Below, piece by piece: positions 37,199 through 50,139 of a DNA stretch of 64,000 nt (its first letter is position 1; each line of letters opens with the position of its first letter). Under the pieces are notes generated by a model that was given only the letters and a program-made list of their open reading frames with translations, did not search any database and was not told where the DNA came from. Made by a program: the position numbers and the translations under genes. Source of the DNA: Podarcis cretensis (taxonomy: Eukaryota); NCBI GenBank assembly GCA_951804945.1, contig OX638149.1, positions 32,116,001 through 32,180,000 of the forward strand, in the 5' to 3' direction.

Positions 37199-39457
37199 TC
37201 TTTTAAGTTCACTGGAATCTATCCAATTTCACAGCACACTAACTTGAATGAAGAGAGCAGGTTTCCTGGCTTCAGGTCCTTTGTGAACAAGAAGGTCAGG
37301 GTCTTCACAGCGTCCATGTATGCAAGAGGGGAAGCTCCTCCCTAAGCTATGAACCTAGGAGGACATTTAGAGAAAGGCAGAGCCCAAAGTTCAAGCCAGG
37401 GTCTGTTCAGACATCAGCAGCCTGCCCTCTCTATAAATACATTATCTCAGTCTGCCCTTGAGGTCAGGTAGCCACACCGCAGGAATGGCTCCAATAGCAT
37501 GTCCTTAATCCCCCCCCCAACTTTGCAAAGGCAGTATTGAGCCCTGACACATCATCTTCTGGCGACTGAAAAAGGAAAGAAAATGAATACCAACAATAAC
37601 AGTCAAACTGTCATGCTCCAAGTTGCTTTCAACCTAAAGTCAAAGGGCAGGACATCAGCTTTGTAGGAGGGGAAGCATTGGAAAAATACTACTCTGAAAG
37701 TGGAAACAGAGAAAATCTGTCTTTCACTGCAGATGCATTTCTGGTTATATTTCCTCCAATCTGTACAGAAGGTGTTTTTAACTTTTAACTGAAGGGATGT
37801 TAGGGAGAGGATCTCTGTCACCCTTTTCTTAGCACTTCTAGGTACGGTTCTGATACAATTTCTTTTTTTTAAATGGCTGTATTTTCCAGTTATCCAAGTA
37901 GTCTGTAGTTCTAGAGTTCACTGCAATTATTTTTCAAGCCAGCCAAGGACTACGTGAAATTGAAATTGGACACACAACTTATTTGCTTCTTCTTTTCATC
38001 TTAGTTTGAGTACTGGAGTGAGTTGTTGAAAGCCTCTTGGCTTTGCGCCCCTTCTGCAAATCAGTATTTTCATTTCCTGTCTAATGCTTGATGAAGCTGG
38101 AAGAAAGCAGTGTCAGCTTTAATAATTTATCCAAATAAATTACTTAGAGCCATAGACTTGGTAGAGTTGGAAGGGACCATGAGGGTCATCTTGTCCAACC
38201 CACAACCTTGAGATTAAGTCTCATGCTCTACCAACTGAGCTATCTTGGCTTGTAATAGACTAACATATACCAATTCAAAGCTTTCTAGTTTAATCAGTTC
38301 TAAACTGTATATAAGCGAACTCTGAAGATAGAGTTTCTGCTTTTCACCTTAAAGATGAAATTGATACTTTTGTTAAATGGTGTAATTGGCATAATTGTGA
38401 TTCCTGGGAGCCACTTCTGCATACTCCCCACCCTGGAGTGGAATTCCCACTGTTCCTTATTTAAGAAAATAATACCCTAATCTAACTTTTGTGAACAGTT
38501 ACTGTATCTATTTTGTGTCCCTTATCTTTTATTTGCTAGTCATAGATGGAGTTTACAATCTTCCATTCACTTGTCTCTAATATCCCCTTATGCACTTTTC
38601 TCTTCTAGAACTATTATCAGACTGATAAACATTTTCTGGCTGGAAACAGGTGCTAGAGTATCCTACCCTAATAGTTCCATTGTTGAGGAGTTACCTGGTT
38701 CTTCTCCAAATACTGTCTTGGAACTGACTTAGATACATTTTTTTTCTTCTGTTCAGCCCCAAGAATAGTGTTGGTATGCCTTTCCTTACTGTTGGTGGAG
38801 GAAGGAGAAGAGCTTGAATATAAAATACCAAATGAACCGTAGGTTATTGTGTTATTTGATCGATAATCTTGTCTCCAAAAGTATTGGAGCAGTTTTATTA
38901 TTTTTATATGAGAATGCTGTTGTGGCTGTAGAGACTGTCCTGTTATAATGTAGGAACTAAGAGAGAATGAACTCTTGGATATTGTCCAGCAAGGTATTGC
39001 TGAGCAAATGGGAGTTGCTCCGTGTTACACGTTTGGTAAGTGAAATGCACAGACAATTTCCCCCTTGGATCTTGTGGAGTACTAGATACTATAATGAGGA
39101 TAACGTGTGCTCCACAGCAATATATGTATGTGCCTTAGGATTCACGCTGTTCAAGCTGTGCCTGTTACAGACCATAATATATGCACCAACCCTGCTATGC
39201 AACCAAAGAAGCAGTTTAAACACATATCTTGCCCTAGGCTAGAGGGCAAATGGGCCAGGTGTGCCTTTGAGCAGTTTCAGACCCATTTCTTTCAGCAGTG
39301 CTAGCTCTGTAGATGTCAGTCTCTTGCTAGCATTGCTGTTAATTTGTTATAATGGAATGTGAAACATGCCTGCACTGACACTCTAGTTGAAAACTAGTTT
39401 GTCATTATCTATTTTTTGAAAGGTTCAATGGTGGAATGGTTTGACGTTTTCTGTTTA

Positions 39458-39463
39458 AATAAA
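39458..39463 (+). terminator. Candidate NEK9 poly(A) signal
   Basis: AATAAA about 2.3 kb after the stop, followed by GU/U-rich sequence (tgtgttctgaattttt). Confidence 0.55.
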
Positions 39464-42296
39464 TGTTGACACTCATTTGCCTCATGTGTTCTGAATTTTT
39501 CTAATAGAAATGAGATAATGTATGCTTACTTGTAGCTCAAGTACAGATCCATGACTTCTCATCTTGCTTGAATGGAACAAACTTTTTTTCCATTACTCGG
39601 TTGTACACTTGCAGTCATCAGAAATGTTAGGACAGATGTCTTGCGCTTTCAGTGACAGAGCTTGCCTCTAGTTTTTTTTAGCTCCCCCCCCCCCCCGGCA
39701 AGGCACATCTTAAAATCTCTACAACTTTGGCTCTACAGAATTAGCTATCATCACTCATATTTTTCGTATGTGAATTTCGTTAGCAATATCAGCTTTATTT
39801 GCCATCAGTAACCAGTGCACTAAGAAGACAGGGATAGCACACACTGGTTAGAAATATGATAAATATCTTGCTGTTGAGAGGTGGATATGTATCTTTGAGT
39901 CTGGAACAACTAATAGAGATGAGGATTCCCTGTTTTCTCAAGAGTACTGTATCTTGGAAAAGCAGAGGACCCATATCTCTGGGGTTTTTTTTTAATGTAA
40001 TAAGGAGAGCAGGTATAGCAGATATTTGTTATTGGAGATGCTCCCTCCTAGAATTTGCAGTGCTGTGAAGTGTTCCCATATGCTGACTGTCATTCTTAGG
40101 GACAATGGTGTGTTTATTTAGAAATGATTAAAAATTATGCAGCTCATCAGCATAGAACTCTCTCACTGTTAAACCCACATAGCAGGTTGAAGGGCTGTGC
40201 TGAGAGAGAGTTACTTACAGAAGCTCTGCAATACAGTCCCCCTATTAATATTGCACATCAGAGGTGATGCTGATGTTGGCTTGGATTCACAGTCAAAAAA
40301 CTCCATACCTCACAGATGGCAGCAAAAATCAGTCTATTTAAATTGCCTCCTCAGGCCTCTGGTGCCAAATCAAGGCTCAAGTGTATTCAGAAACTTTATA
40401 CACAACTGACGATATATATTTTGCATATGAAGAAAGACCCAAATAAGAGTAGAGCCATCTCTCTCTTCTACGGCTTTGGCATCTTCCTTAGCCACACATG
40501 CATAATAGAGTACACTGCAAGGTTTTTTTGGGGGGAGGGGTCTGCTTGTTTTTAACTCCTTTGAAACAATCTGAATCTCTCCAAGTGCATATTTCTTACT
40601 GTTCTGCAGACAGTGCAAACTATTTTGTTGAAGAGATAATCTCTAAATGGTTGTAACTCAAGGAAAATGGGTTCTGGATTTTTCTTTAATTCCTCTTGAA
40701 GGGATTTTAAAATTTCCTTTGGCTGGTACAGGAGAAGCAGTGAAAACCTTTGATAACATCACCTTTGAAAGCATGCAGAAAGCAAACAAGGGGAGTTGGC
40801 AATAGCCATGCGTGCAATGGAGAAAACCAGTTTGTCCTCAACGTTTTTTTTTTACTTTGTTAGTAACAGAAATGTGGAGTGTGTTTTGAAAATTGTTTCA
40901 TATTTCCATTATAGTAGCTCCTACAGTGGGGATACTCTCCTGAATTCCATGTCCTACTTTTTTACAAAGTTAAACACATCAGTACTCTTTGCTGCTCTTT
41001 TTTATGACCGGTGATATGAAAGGGGCTTATGCACACCACTAGTTTTGTCCTTACAATCTCTAAAGCCATATCAGTATTTCTCACAAGTGAATCAACACTT
41101 GCATTTTGAAGCTTTCAGACATCCGTAGCAATGCTTATGAACCACATAATCTGTTGAAGTACTGCATTGCATAAAATAATGCTGGTAAATCTGAAGAAGC
41201 TGTGATGGAGGTAATACATTCCCACGTTCAATTATTACATTTCCCCCATGTTTTCCAAGTTGCCACATTCCACATATTTTATTACAGACGTTAGTTCACC
41301 ACTGGGAGACAATGAATGCATACACACCCTGCTTTTAATGCACTTTTAATGCACTTGTTCCCCTTGCTTGCCTAACACTCTCTCTAGTTGGTGAGCCCCC
41401 AAAATGTCTCAGCCACTAACCTGACACCAAAGATATGGCTAGTCCAAATGCCCACCTCCTGAATAACTAACTAGTTTTCCTTCCCCGCTCCCCGAGCTTA
41501 TGACTGCATAAAGAGGTAGGATTCAGTGGCCAAATCATGCTAAAGTAATCAATCCATTTTACAATCACCATTCTCATATTCCCCACAGCCATTCTTTTTT
41601 AGCTTTAGAGAAATTTGGACAGACCAGGTTTCTGTTTGCCAGTATTTGTAGATAGGCAAGAAAACTTAATGGCCAGATGAGATGGATAGCATGCAATATA
41701 TCCAAGTAGGTATCACCCCCTTCCCAGCAGTTATATTAGTAATATAGTTCTATCGTTTGAGCTTTACGTAATGCTGAGCATCTGGGTAGTTTAAGACCTT
41801 CATTTCAGTTATGGGAGCTAAGAATTCTCTGTTCTTGTATGAACATGTAAACCAAGAATGGTAGTCCACTTAGCAGATGCCTTACAAAGTTGAAGATTAC
41901 CTCATGACAGGTAAGAGTTCCTTCTGATAATTCTCAGTAGTATCTTTCTAGCACATAATCCCATGTCCTAGGAGGCAGACAGAAATCCTAATGTGCATGG
42001 GTTCTGTGAAGGGGAGGGAATGAGGACCAGCCAACAGCAGCAACACAGATGTAAGAGCACTATCTTAGGTCAAACTATTTTACAAAGCACTGGACCTTAA
42101 TATGCAATACATGGGGTTTAATAATCTGTTCATGGTTTATAGGCTTCTCACTGATTTCACACCTTTGTATTTTATATATAAAATGAAACTGCAGCACTGG
42201 GAATGCTGTCTGCTACTCTGTGCTATCAAACAAGGAAATGGCAGGGAGCCTCAATGTGATGATGCCAGTTGCAGATCTCACTTTGGCCCACTACTA

Positions 42297-42602
42297 TCAG
42301 CGCTTCTTTTGCTGTGGCGGTGGGGGTCTGTTCTTAATGTTCTTGCACTTGGGAATGTGTCTCTCAGCCACCTTAGGTGCAAACTGACGGGTGCAATAAG
42401 GGCATAACTTGTAGTCTGGGTTCTCCATAGCAGGGGCCGGGGGGAGGTCTGATGCCTTCCCCCCTTTGGAGATTACTCGTTGCAGCTCACGAGCCCTACG
42501 CAATGTCTTGATGAACGATTCGTGCTTCTGTCTCCAGTTGCTTTGCTTAGATAGCTCACTATTTTGCTTGGAAGCCTCAAAATTTTGTCTGGAATTCTTT
42601 TT
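42297..42602 (-). CDS. ZC2HC1C: ZC2HC1C last coding exon (second C2HC zinc finger)
   Basis: cag|KKNSRQ...SNWRQKHESFIKTLRRAR...CPYCTRQFAPKVAERHIPKC...KKR*. Confidence 0.93.
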   Translation of the reverse strand, partial: KKNSRQNFEASKQNSELSKQSNWRQKHESFIKTLRRARELQRVISKGGKASDLPPAPAMENPDYKLCPYCTRQFAPKVAERHIPKCKNIKNRPPPPQQKKR

Positions 42603-43541
42603 CTGTAGTGAGAAGGGGGAAAGGGAGAAACTATTAGTACAACCTGTTAGCTCACACTCTGATATTTCCTGCCACTGTTTTTGTTCTGGACACAGTTTAG
42701 TTATCATATACCAGATAGCAGGACATTTCTAATGTAACAGGTTCTTGGTCCCTATAAGGCAAATGGAACTACATAGCATATGTGAAGACCAAAGTTCTGC
42801 TAGGTGGACAGAACACGTGCTGCTTTTAAAAAGTCATATCACTAACTCACAGGTCCACTGCAGAATGATATCACTAGGTTTTCTACCAAAATCATTGCCA
42901 CTGCTCAGATCATCTGAACATTGTAACTGGAATGCAGATGAAATCTCTTAAACGGGGGTAAAATTACCAGATTTAATCTGATGGTGAAATTGAACAGACC
43001 CTCTAAAATAGAAGGACTGTGATGCCACTGGACTGTTCCATACTTTTAAATATGAGTACTTTCTTCATTCTTAATTTCAGAGGATCGTTCTAAGCCTGAT
43101 CTTAATCTTATCATGCAGCTGTGACATTTGTAGGTTAGTTATGAGTGACTTGACTAGTTACATAAAATTAATTTGATAATTTTGAAGATTTGTTTTCACA
43201 TCCTCAACACCTCGTTTTTGTATGATGAAAGAAGGTAAAATTGGGCTCTTGTTTGGTATAATTTCTAGCAGTCACCCTACCCATGGCGGAATTGAAGTAA
43301 ATGAATGGCAATTAGAGGTATATTAGGGATCATCAAGATTTATTAGGAATTCCACATGATTTGAAAGGAACTCCAGGAATTAAAGAATGAACATCAAAGT
43401 GGAAACCAGAGAATGATGGCAAATGATGCTGGTACATCATTAAAGCTAAAAAGGACCCAGGCTGATCAGTGACTGTCTAAAAGTTCCAAACAGACCCAAA
43501 GGAACAGCAGGGTATGCATAACAAGTAAGTAAATGTATTAC

Positions 43542-44810
43542 CTGAGAGGTGTCTGTACCCTTCAATAGATAATAGGTCTCTAATTCGGTGCCTTTTGCTC
43601 TAGCCTTGCTTGAATCAAACACTTTTCTCTTGGAGCCATGATTCTTCCTGCAGATGCTTATGTGCTTCTCCAACCTGGAGCAATAAAGCTTTCGCCCACA
43701 GAAATTGCACTCTCCCCAATCCTCTACACTGCTTGGAGCCTCTGTATATGAGGGTTCTGCTGCCACACAGTCAACCTGTCCCAACGAGGCTGCTGCGGAA
43801 GGAGCCTGGTCACGTATGGAAGCCAGTTCTGGGCTAGAAGTGGCTGAAATCTGGGATACATTCTCTCGAATTTTACTGTTGCTAGCCACCAATCTTTGCT
43901 TTTTTAGCTTTTCCATGTGGAGTGCCTGGGGAGGCAGGGCAGTCCCCACTGAGACAGCAGGGCTGTCTGGAATATGTACCTTTTGACAGTCACGCGTTTG
44001 AGCTACAGATCTGGAAACATGGCCCTGAGTAATACCTGCTGCTTTCCTCTCAGGCATACATAGTCCTCCCCGCTGCCGTCTTCCTTCTGCTTCTGCCTGC
44101 TGCCTCTCCCACTGGATTCTTCGAAGCTCTTCTTCCGTTCTCCTCAGCTTCTCCCTGAGCAGGGCCTCCTTTCGCTGGATCTCCTCCTCTAAGCTCCGCC
44201 CAGCAGCCTCCAGTTTTTGAATGTAGCCCGACTCTGCCCTACGGGAATGAGAAGCTGCTCTCTTGGATTGCTCTACAGAAAAAGGAGAAGGCACTCTAAC
44301 ATGATGAGTCTTGACTGCATGTGACCTTCCTTTTTTCTCTGAGCTAGGGCTAATGGGAGGAGTCTTTCTAGCTGGTGGGCTCCCAACTTGCCAAGAACTG
44401 GGCAGGTGAACATTCCCAGCTGTATGGGGAAAGACTGGTTTTAGAGGGTATGACCTGTCCACACCTTCTCTCCGTTTGGTTCTCCAGTGGGAGGGCAGAC
44501 TGTTGGCCTGGCCCTTGAAGTACCAATTGCGTGGACCAGCAGAATAGAAACCTGCCTTCTCCAAGATCAGTTGACTAGTTTCTGTAGGCTGAGAACAAGA
44601 AGAGCTCCGCCCTTTTTGGATATGAAGATCTGCCAGCTTCTTATCTTTGTTGCACAGGAATTGCTGCTGGATATTATTCCTCAAGTGTTCTAGCTGGACC
44701 TGCTCTTTAAGAGCCTCAGGGTGGCATCTTTCCTGGCTTGTTGCAGGAAGGCTGGAATTGGCAGCCATTGGATCCATATGTGAACACACAGCCAGCTGCA
44801 AATGAGCCAT
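43542..44810 (-). CDS. ZC2HC1C: ZC2HC1C large first coding exon (423 codons; coiled coil and first C2HC zinc finger); full protein 524 aa
   Basis: MAHLQLA start 19 nt after an acceptor (exon edge 44829); GVDRSYPLKPVF, EEEIQRKEALLREKL, CNFCGRKL..RLEKHISIC; donor CAG|gtaata; syntenic between NEK9 and ACYP1. Confidence 0.93.
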
Positions 44811-46639
44811 TCAGCATTTCCAGTAAAGCCTGGGAGAATGCAACAAGTTACATACATGCTATGATTGGGACCCTCATGCTAGAATCCCTTTCCCCTAGTA
44901 TAATAGGGGAAAGCAAGTACACATCAGCTCTAGGGGGCCTTTATAGATATATAAAGGGGGGCCTTGCTTTTCAGTGATGGAAACGGCACTGGCATATGGG
45001 GAGGATGACAGAATATTGCATGAGGGCCTGACATTGTATCAGCACAATATCCAGAATCCTTAAATCTGTGCAAATGTAAGTGCACCAGGCAAATTTGGGG
45101 ACCCTATGCCATTAGAAATTTCTGTGTTGACATCAGGGCCTAAGGGAGCAGGAATAGTGTAGAAAAAGGGACAAGAAGTCAACAGTGTATCAAGTATTCC
45201 AGTCCTTTCCTTTCCTCTCTTAAAATGGACTGGCAGAGGGAGGGATCAAACCATTATATCTGCACAGAAAGCCTTTTACAAAGACTTTAATAAATGGGGG
45301 GGGGGTTCATAACTTGATGCAATCCATCCTCCCTACTTCAAATGGTGAGGGTACCTAGAAGAGAGCCTCCAAAGAGGTTAAGCACAGGAAAGCTGACATG
45401 GTAGCAAGTTTTCCTTCAGGTACCTGGGTATCAAGCCATTTAAAGATAAGTACCAGCACTCAGAAATTGATGAGCAGCCAGTGAAGTTTTTAAATACACT
45501 TGAAATATGTTCAAAATGATCAGAAAGTATGCTAAACCAACTGAAATTACCAGTACTCAAAAGTACCTCACATGCAATGTATCATATCCGTCAACCCTAG
45601 ATTATATCAGGGTATGGACAACTGTGATCAAGCTATCTGTTCAACTGGTGCACCAACCTAAGCTTATGAAAGGTTTTGACTACCAAAGGCAGCAGACTAA
45701 ATAAAATGGATAAATTTCTATATATAGCATCCAGCTGACACTATACGTATAGCATCTAGAATACAGGATATTTAACTAGATATACTATTGCTCTCATTCA
45801 CTATGACAGTTCTCATGTAATAGAAGACAGTAACATAGTGTACACCTAAGGCAGTGTTTAGGGTCTACTGACTCTAATGGAAGCTACTGACCCTAATGGA
45901 ATCAGCAAAATTCCTAATAATGGGAAGGTGGCCTGACAGGTGTTTGATAGCTCATTACAGGTACACTAACCTTAATGTACCGGTAACTGAACAGTTTAGA
46001 CTACAGTAGAAGCTTCATCAGATGTTGGCAAGTGATGGGCCTCAATTTCAGAAAGCTGATGCAAGATACCTGCCAAAATAATGCTTTTAAATCATGTGAA
46101 ACTAATAGAGGTTGCATCCTCAAGTCAAGGGTGCCAGTGGCCCTCCAGATGTTGCACTCCAGCCTCCATCATCCCTGACTATCCCCTTGTCTATCCTGGC
46201 TAAGGCTGACAGGTGTTGGAGACCAACAATTTGTGTCTGGCCACAGGGTCCCCACCCCACCCCACCCCCACCCCTTATTCTTCAACAAGACTGCCAGTTA
46301 GTTGCAGAATTAAAAGATTTCAACCCAACGTCCTGTTACCGCTCGCTCCAAGCGACTGCCTGGTCAGTTCTACGCGGGGCAACAGGAGCCAAGCAAACAT
46401 CTTCCACCGAAAAATGGGATGAAGCCAAGAGGGGACACCCACACCCACCTGTTCAGTCTCCGGGGTAACTTGGACCCCCGCGCTCCGCAAGGCCTGCCTG
46501 CTCGCCCGCCCGCCCTCGCACAGCATGTCTGGCTGCTCCAGACACTCGTCCCCAGCCCCTCAAGCCAAGCCAAGCCAAGCCTATTCTCACCTGCCTCTTC
46601 TTACCGCAGCCTCCGATCCTCAGGGCAGCTGTTTACCAC

Positions 46640-46654
46640 CGTTGCTTAGCAACG
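46640..46654. promoter_or_regulatory. RFX X-box
   Basis: Palindrome CGTTGCT-T-AGCAACG near the probable ZC2HC1C transcription start. Confidence 0.75.
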
Positions 46655-47379
46655 AGCGCCCGCGTGCTACATCCGGCTCCGTCCTCCCCGCTTCCTGCCT
46701 GCATCTTTAGGGTCTGTCTATCTCTGTGCATTGTCTTATTTTTATTTATTTTTAAGGGAAATGGTCGTCCCCTCTCTATGGTTCGAGCTTATTTCTCGTT
46801 GCAGCATGAAAAGGGCGGGGGGAGGGGAAGGTTAGAGAAAGAGACGCCCGGTCTCGTTCCTTGACGACCGTCTCCACTTCCGCTCCATGTTCTGAGGCCC
46901 TTCTAGTAACCTGGGCCGAGGGCAGCTCCATGGTAAGGCGAGCCGTTAGTGGCGGTTGGTTGGTGCCGCCCAGGTGCCCCTGGCTCCTGACTGGGACCTC
47001 GGAGAGCGGCGGCAGCTTCGCGCCGTTAGACATAACGCGCCGAGAGGCTCCTGACTCGGCAGGTCTCTCCTTCCCTCTTCTGTAGCCAAGGGGATGCAAA
47101 TGACGGGCGGCGCCTGTCGGGGCTGCCCTGACCCCGCCGCGCCCCTTCGCCCTCTGCCCTCCCTAATATGGAGCAGGACGCGGTCCTCTCCCCCTGGGAG
47201 CGTGGCTGGGCCAAGTAGGCGCCGCCTCCGCCACAACCATGGCTCCTTCGTCGGAGGTTGCGGAGATTACCGTCGTCTTCTCCCAGCATTTGCAGGGGTG
47301 GGCACTATGGGACCCTGACCCTCGGCGTCTCCTTTTCTGCCTAATCGCGTTTCTGCTTCTGGTCCAGGCGCCAGCAGCC

Positions 47380-47463
47380 ATGGCGGAGGGAGACGGCCTC
47401 ATTTCAGTGGACTACGAAGTGTTCGGGAAAGTCCAAGGGGTGTTTTTCCGCAAAAACACACAG
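47380..47463 (+). CDS. ACYP1: ACYP1 acylphosphatase 1, first coding exon
   Basis: Acceptor at 47368; Kozak gccATGG; MAEGDGLISVDYEVFGKVQGVFFRKNTQ (catalytic loop V-Q-G-V-x-F-R). Confidence 0.95.
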
Positions 47464-47905
47464 GTGGGTGTGCTCTAGTCTGAGGTTTCCCTGGGGTAGG
47501 CAAAGGGAAGGTGGTGTGCGACCCCAGCGCGACCACACAGGCATTTGGGGGGGGGGGAGCGTGAGCATTATGAGCGCTTTAGAAAAGCTTTGCTTGGGCA
47601 ACTTAAGTTGTGTATACACTCCCGCATCCAGTGCATTCCTACTGCCTCTTTGAGATACAGTTGTGGCCAAGTAGTGTATGTATCTATGTCTAGCTGTGTT
47701 TTAAGCTCAGGCTACAGTCCTATCTCCCGTCCATTTATTTAAGAGTAAACCACACTGATCCTCAGTTTGTATTTCCAAAAGGCCTGGATTGTAAGCAGTG
47801 GCTATTTCTTTCTTCTTTGATATTGGTTGATATGCAAATATATTCTGTAGTTTCCTTTCTATTCAGACTAATTACATTGTGTGTTTGTATGTTTGTCTGC
47901 ATATA

Positions 47906-48148
47906 TAGTGGTACCTCGGGTTACATACGCTTCAGGTTACATACGCTTCAGGTTACAGACTCCACTAACCCAGAAATATTACCTCGGGTTAAGAACTTTG
48001 CTTCAGGATGAGAACAGAAATCGGGCTCCAGTGGCGCGGCGGCAGCAGGAGGCCCCCATTAGCTAAAGTGGTGCTTCAGGTTAAGAACAGTTTCAGGTTA
48101 AGAACGGACCTCCGGAATGAATTAAGTACTTAACCCGAGGTACCATTG
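47906..48148. mobile_element. Tigger-like MITE in an ACYP1 intron
   Basis: TIRs AGTGGTACCTCGGGTTA / TAACCCGAGGTACCATTG, TA flanks; interior is the reverse complement of 18901-19125. Confidence 0.85.
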
Positions 48149-48558
48149 TATATGTTGACAACGGAATGCTGCTCCGGAGGTGAAGCCAAACTGCTGAAGA
48201 ATTACAGTACCAGTAACTCATAACTGCTGCCTCCTGTGTTGTTTTTGCTGTGTTAGCAGCACTGAAGTGACCTCCCTGGGGCGCAAGTCTGGGAAGTGTA
48301 TATGGAGGACCTGGGCTGCCTAGACAAAAAGACACTCCTTTTGGCCTTGTTGGTGTGGTCTAAAGGAAAGGAAAGCAATATGTTTCACACCAACATGGCT
48401 GAGTGTACAAGGCGCCATCTGACTGTCTTAGGGACTCCACTCTGGATTTGTATAGTGTTTACTCCTTAGCCTTTCCTTCTCTCAAATATGTCCCACAAGG
48501 CAGTGTATTATTACCTCTTTTTCCAGCATATAAATTGCATCTTTATATATTTTTTTAG

Positions 48559-48774
48559 ACTGAAGGAAAGAAGTTGGGTGTCGTTGGCTGGGTGCAGAAT
48601 ACTGACTATGGCACTGTGCAAGGCCAAATCCAAGGTCCTACTGCCAAGGTGCGACAACTTCAAGAATGGCTTCAGAAGACAGGAAGCCCCAAGTCCCGCA
48701 TCGACAGAGCTGAATTCCGCAATGAGAAGAAGATTGCTCGTTTAGAGCATAGTGACTTTTGTATTGTCAAATAA
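48559..48774 (+). CDS. ACYP1: ACYP1 last coding exon; full protein 99 aa
   Basis: [26 protein letters not shown]...[12 protein letters not shown]...DFCIVK*. Confidence 0.96.
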   Translation, partial: TEGKKLGVVGWVQNTDYGTVQGQIQGPTAKVRQLQEWLQKTGSPKSRIDRAEFRNEKKIARLEHSDFCIVK

Positions 48775-48972
48775 TAGTGCCCCGGGGGAAAGTACTATAT
48801 TTATAGTAAGAGCAGTAAGCTCATTGGGAAGAAAGCGCTCCCTTTAGTTTTTATATTAATTGTTTATGTGCAGATTTATTCACTTTTAACTATATATTTA
48901 AATTATTTATTTACATTGTGATTACATTGGTTACACTGAATGTCCTAAGAACTTGATGTGTTAAGAATTGTT

Positions 48973-48978
48973 AATAAA
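48973..48978 (+). terminator. ACYP1 poly(A) signal
   Basis: AATAAA about 200 nt after the stop, with a GT-rich downstream element. Confidence 0.7.
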
Positions 48979-49170
48979 GTGTATGCTTAGGTTTGTTTAT
49001 TAATTTATTTAATATCACCCCCTGGAGGTGCACTCCATTGTCTCTTGAGACAGGCAGATGCCAAAAAAAGTTTAGAGCATTTGTACCCTGTTCTTAAATC
49101 AGCAAGGCTCCCAGAGTGGCTTTACATACAATCAATTAAAACAGGACAGTCCCTGTCCACAGGCTTACAT

Positions 49171-49344
49171 CAATGGCAGACTTTGGTTTTTAAAATGTCA
49201 GTGGCACCCTGTGCAAGGCCAAAATCTGGCACCACCTCAGCCTCTCACCTTTGGTTCTGCTCAATTCACTATGTTATAGTTGCGAAGCCCTGCAGCGCCC
49301 TCCAGTGCGATGGAACCAATTGCACTGCCCAAAATTCGCCTCTG
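49171..49344. mobile_element. Degraded hAT-type MITE nested in a LINE tail
   Basis: caatggcaga...ttcgcctctg ends; decayed cttaca(a)t duplication. Confidence 0.45.
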
Positions 49345-50139
49345 CCTACAATCTAAAAAGCCACAACACATAAGGGAAAAGGGACAAGGAGGGAAGAGGG
49401 GAAACACATTAAACTCAGGCACTAGTTTTTAAAACAGTTGTTTTTATAATGACAAGCTTGCATAGTTCAGGGGTAGGAGGTGCATGATGGAGCTGGGCCT
49501 TTGGCAAAACTGGTGGAATGAATGATCCCTGGAGGAAAGGATAATCAAAGGCTACTTACTAGCCATGAAGTCTATTATCTACCTCCACTATTGGAGGCTG
49601 CATGTCTCTGAATGCCTGTTGCTGGGAATCACATGTGTGGAGAGTGCTGTTGCATTCACTTCTCACTTGTAGGCTTCCCATTGGTATGTGCTTGGCCACA
49701 CTGGTTACTTGACTAGACAGGCCTTTGGCCTGATCCAGCAAGGCTCTTATATTCTTAACAGTGGAGCCTATCCATATAAAACTGGTTTACAAACACGTCA
49801 TGTGTATGCAGTCTGTACTGCATTGAGAAGGCTATATAGCTAATGCTCAGATCTGATGAATTTAAAGAGCACAAAAAAGACTCCAACCTGTGTGTTTCAA
49901 ACCCAACATCCATCCCCTGATTTGCTTTGGCCTCTGAATAATTTTCACAGAGGCAGCTGTATTAGTCTGTTCAGCTAAAACACTATCATTGCACCTTAAA
50001 GGCTAATAAATTTTATTATGTTATCAGCTTTCATGGCTTAGAGCCCAGTTCATCGGATGGAAAGAATGCAATTGTGCACAGCGCTAGAAACAAATTTTCT
50101 GAGTTCCTTCGCTCCCTTGCCTACAGAGATTTCTTTTGC

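Larger units (their letters stand above)
46330..47530. promoter_or_regulatory. Bidirectional CpG-island promoter of ZC2HC1C(-) and ACYP1(+)
   Basis: CpG-rich; minus-strand donors near 46590 and 46604; plus-strand donor ATG|GTAAGG at 46933; ETS-like CACTTCCG at 46875-46882. Confidence 0.85.

Noticed and set aside
43446-43541. Hydrophobic C-terminal tail of the 454-aa ZC2HC1C ORF
   Set aside because: Intron read-through; splicing to 42602 adds the second zinc finger.
46112-47742. Extra small ORFs between ZC2HC1C and ACYP1 as new genes
   Set aside because: GC-rich promoter artefacts; only the frames joining ACYP1 were kept.
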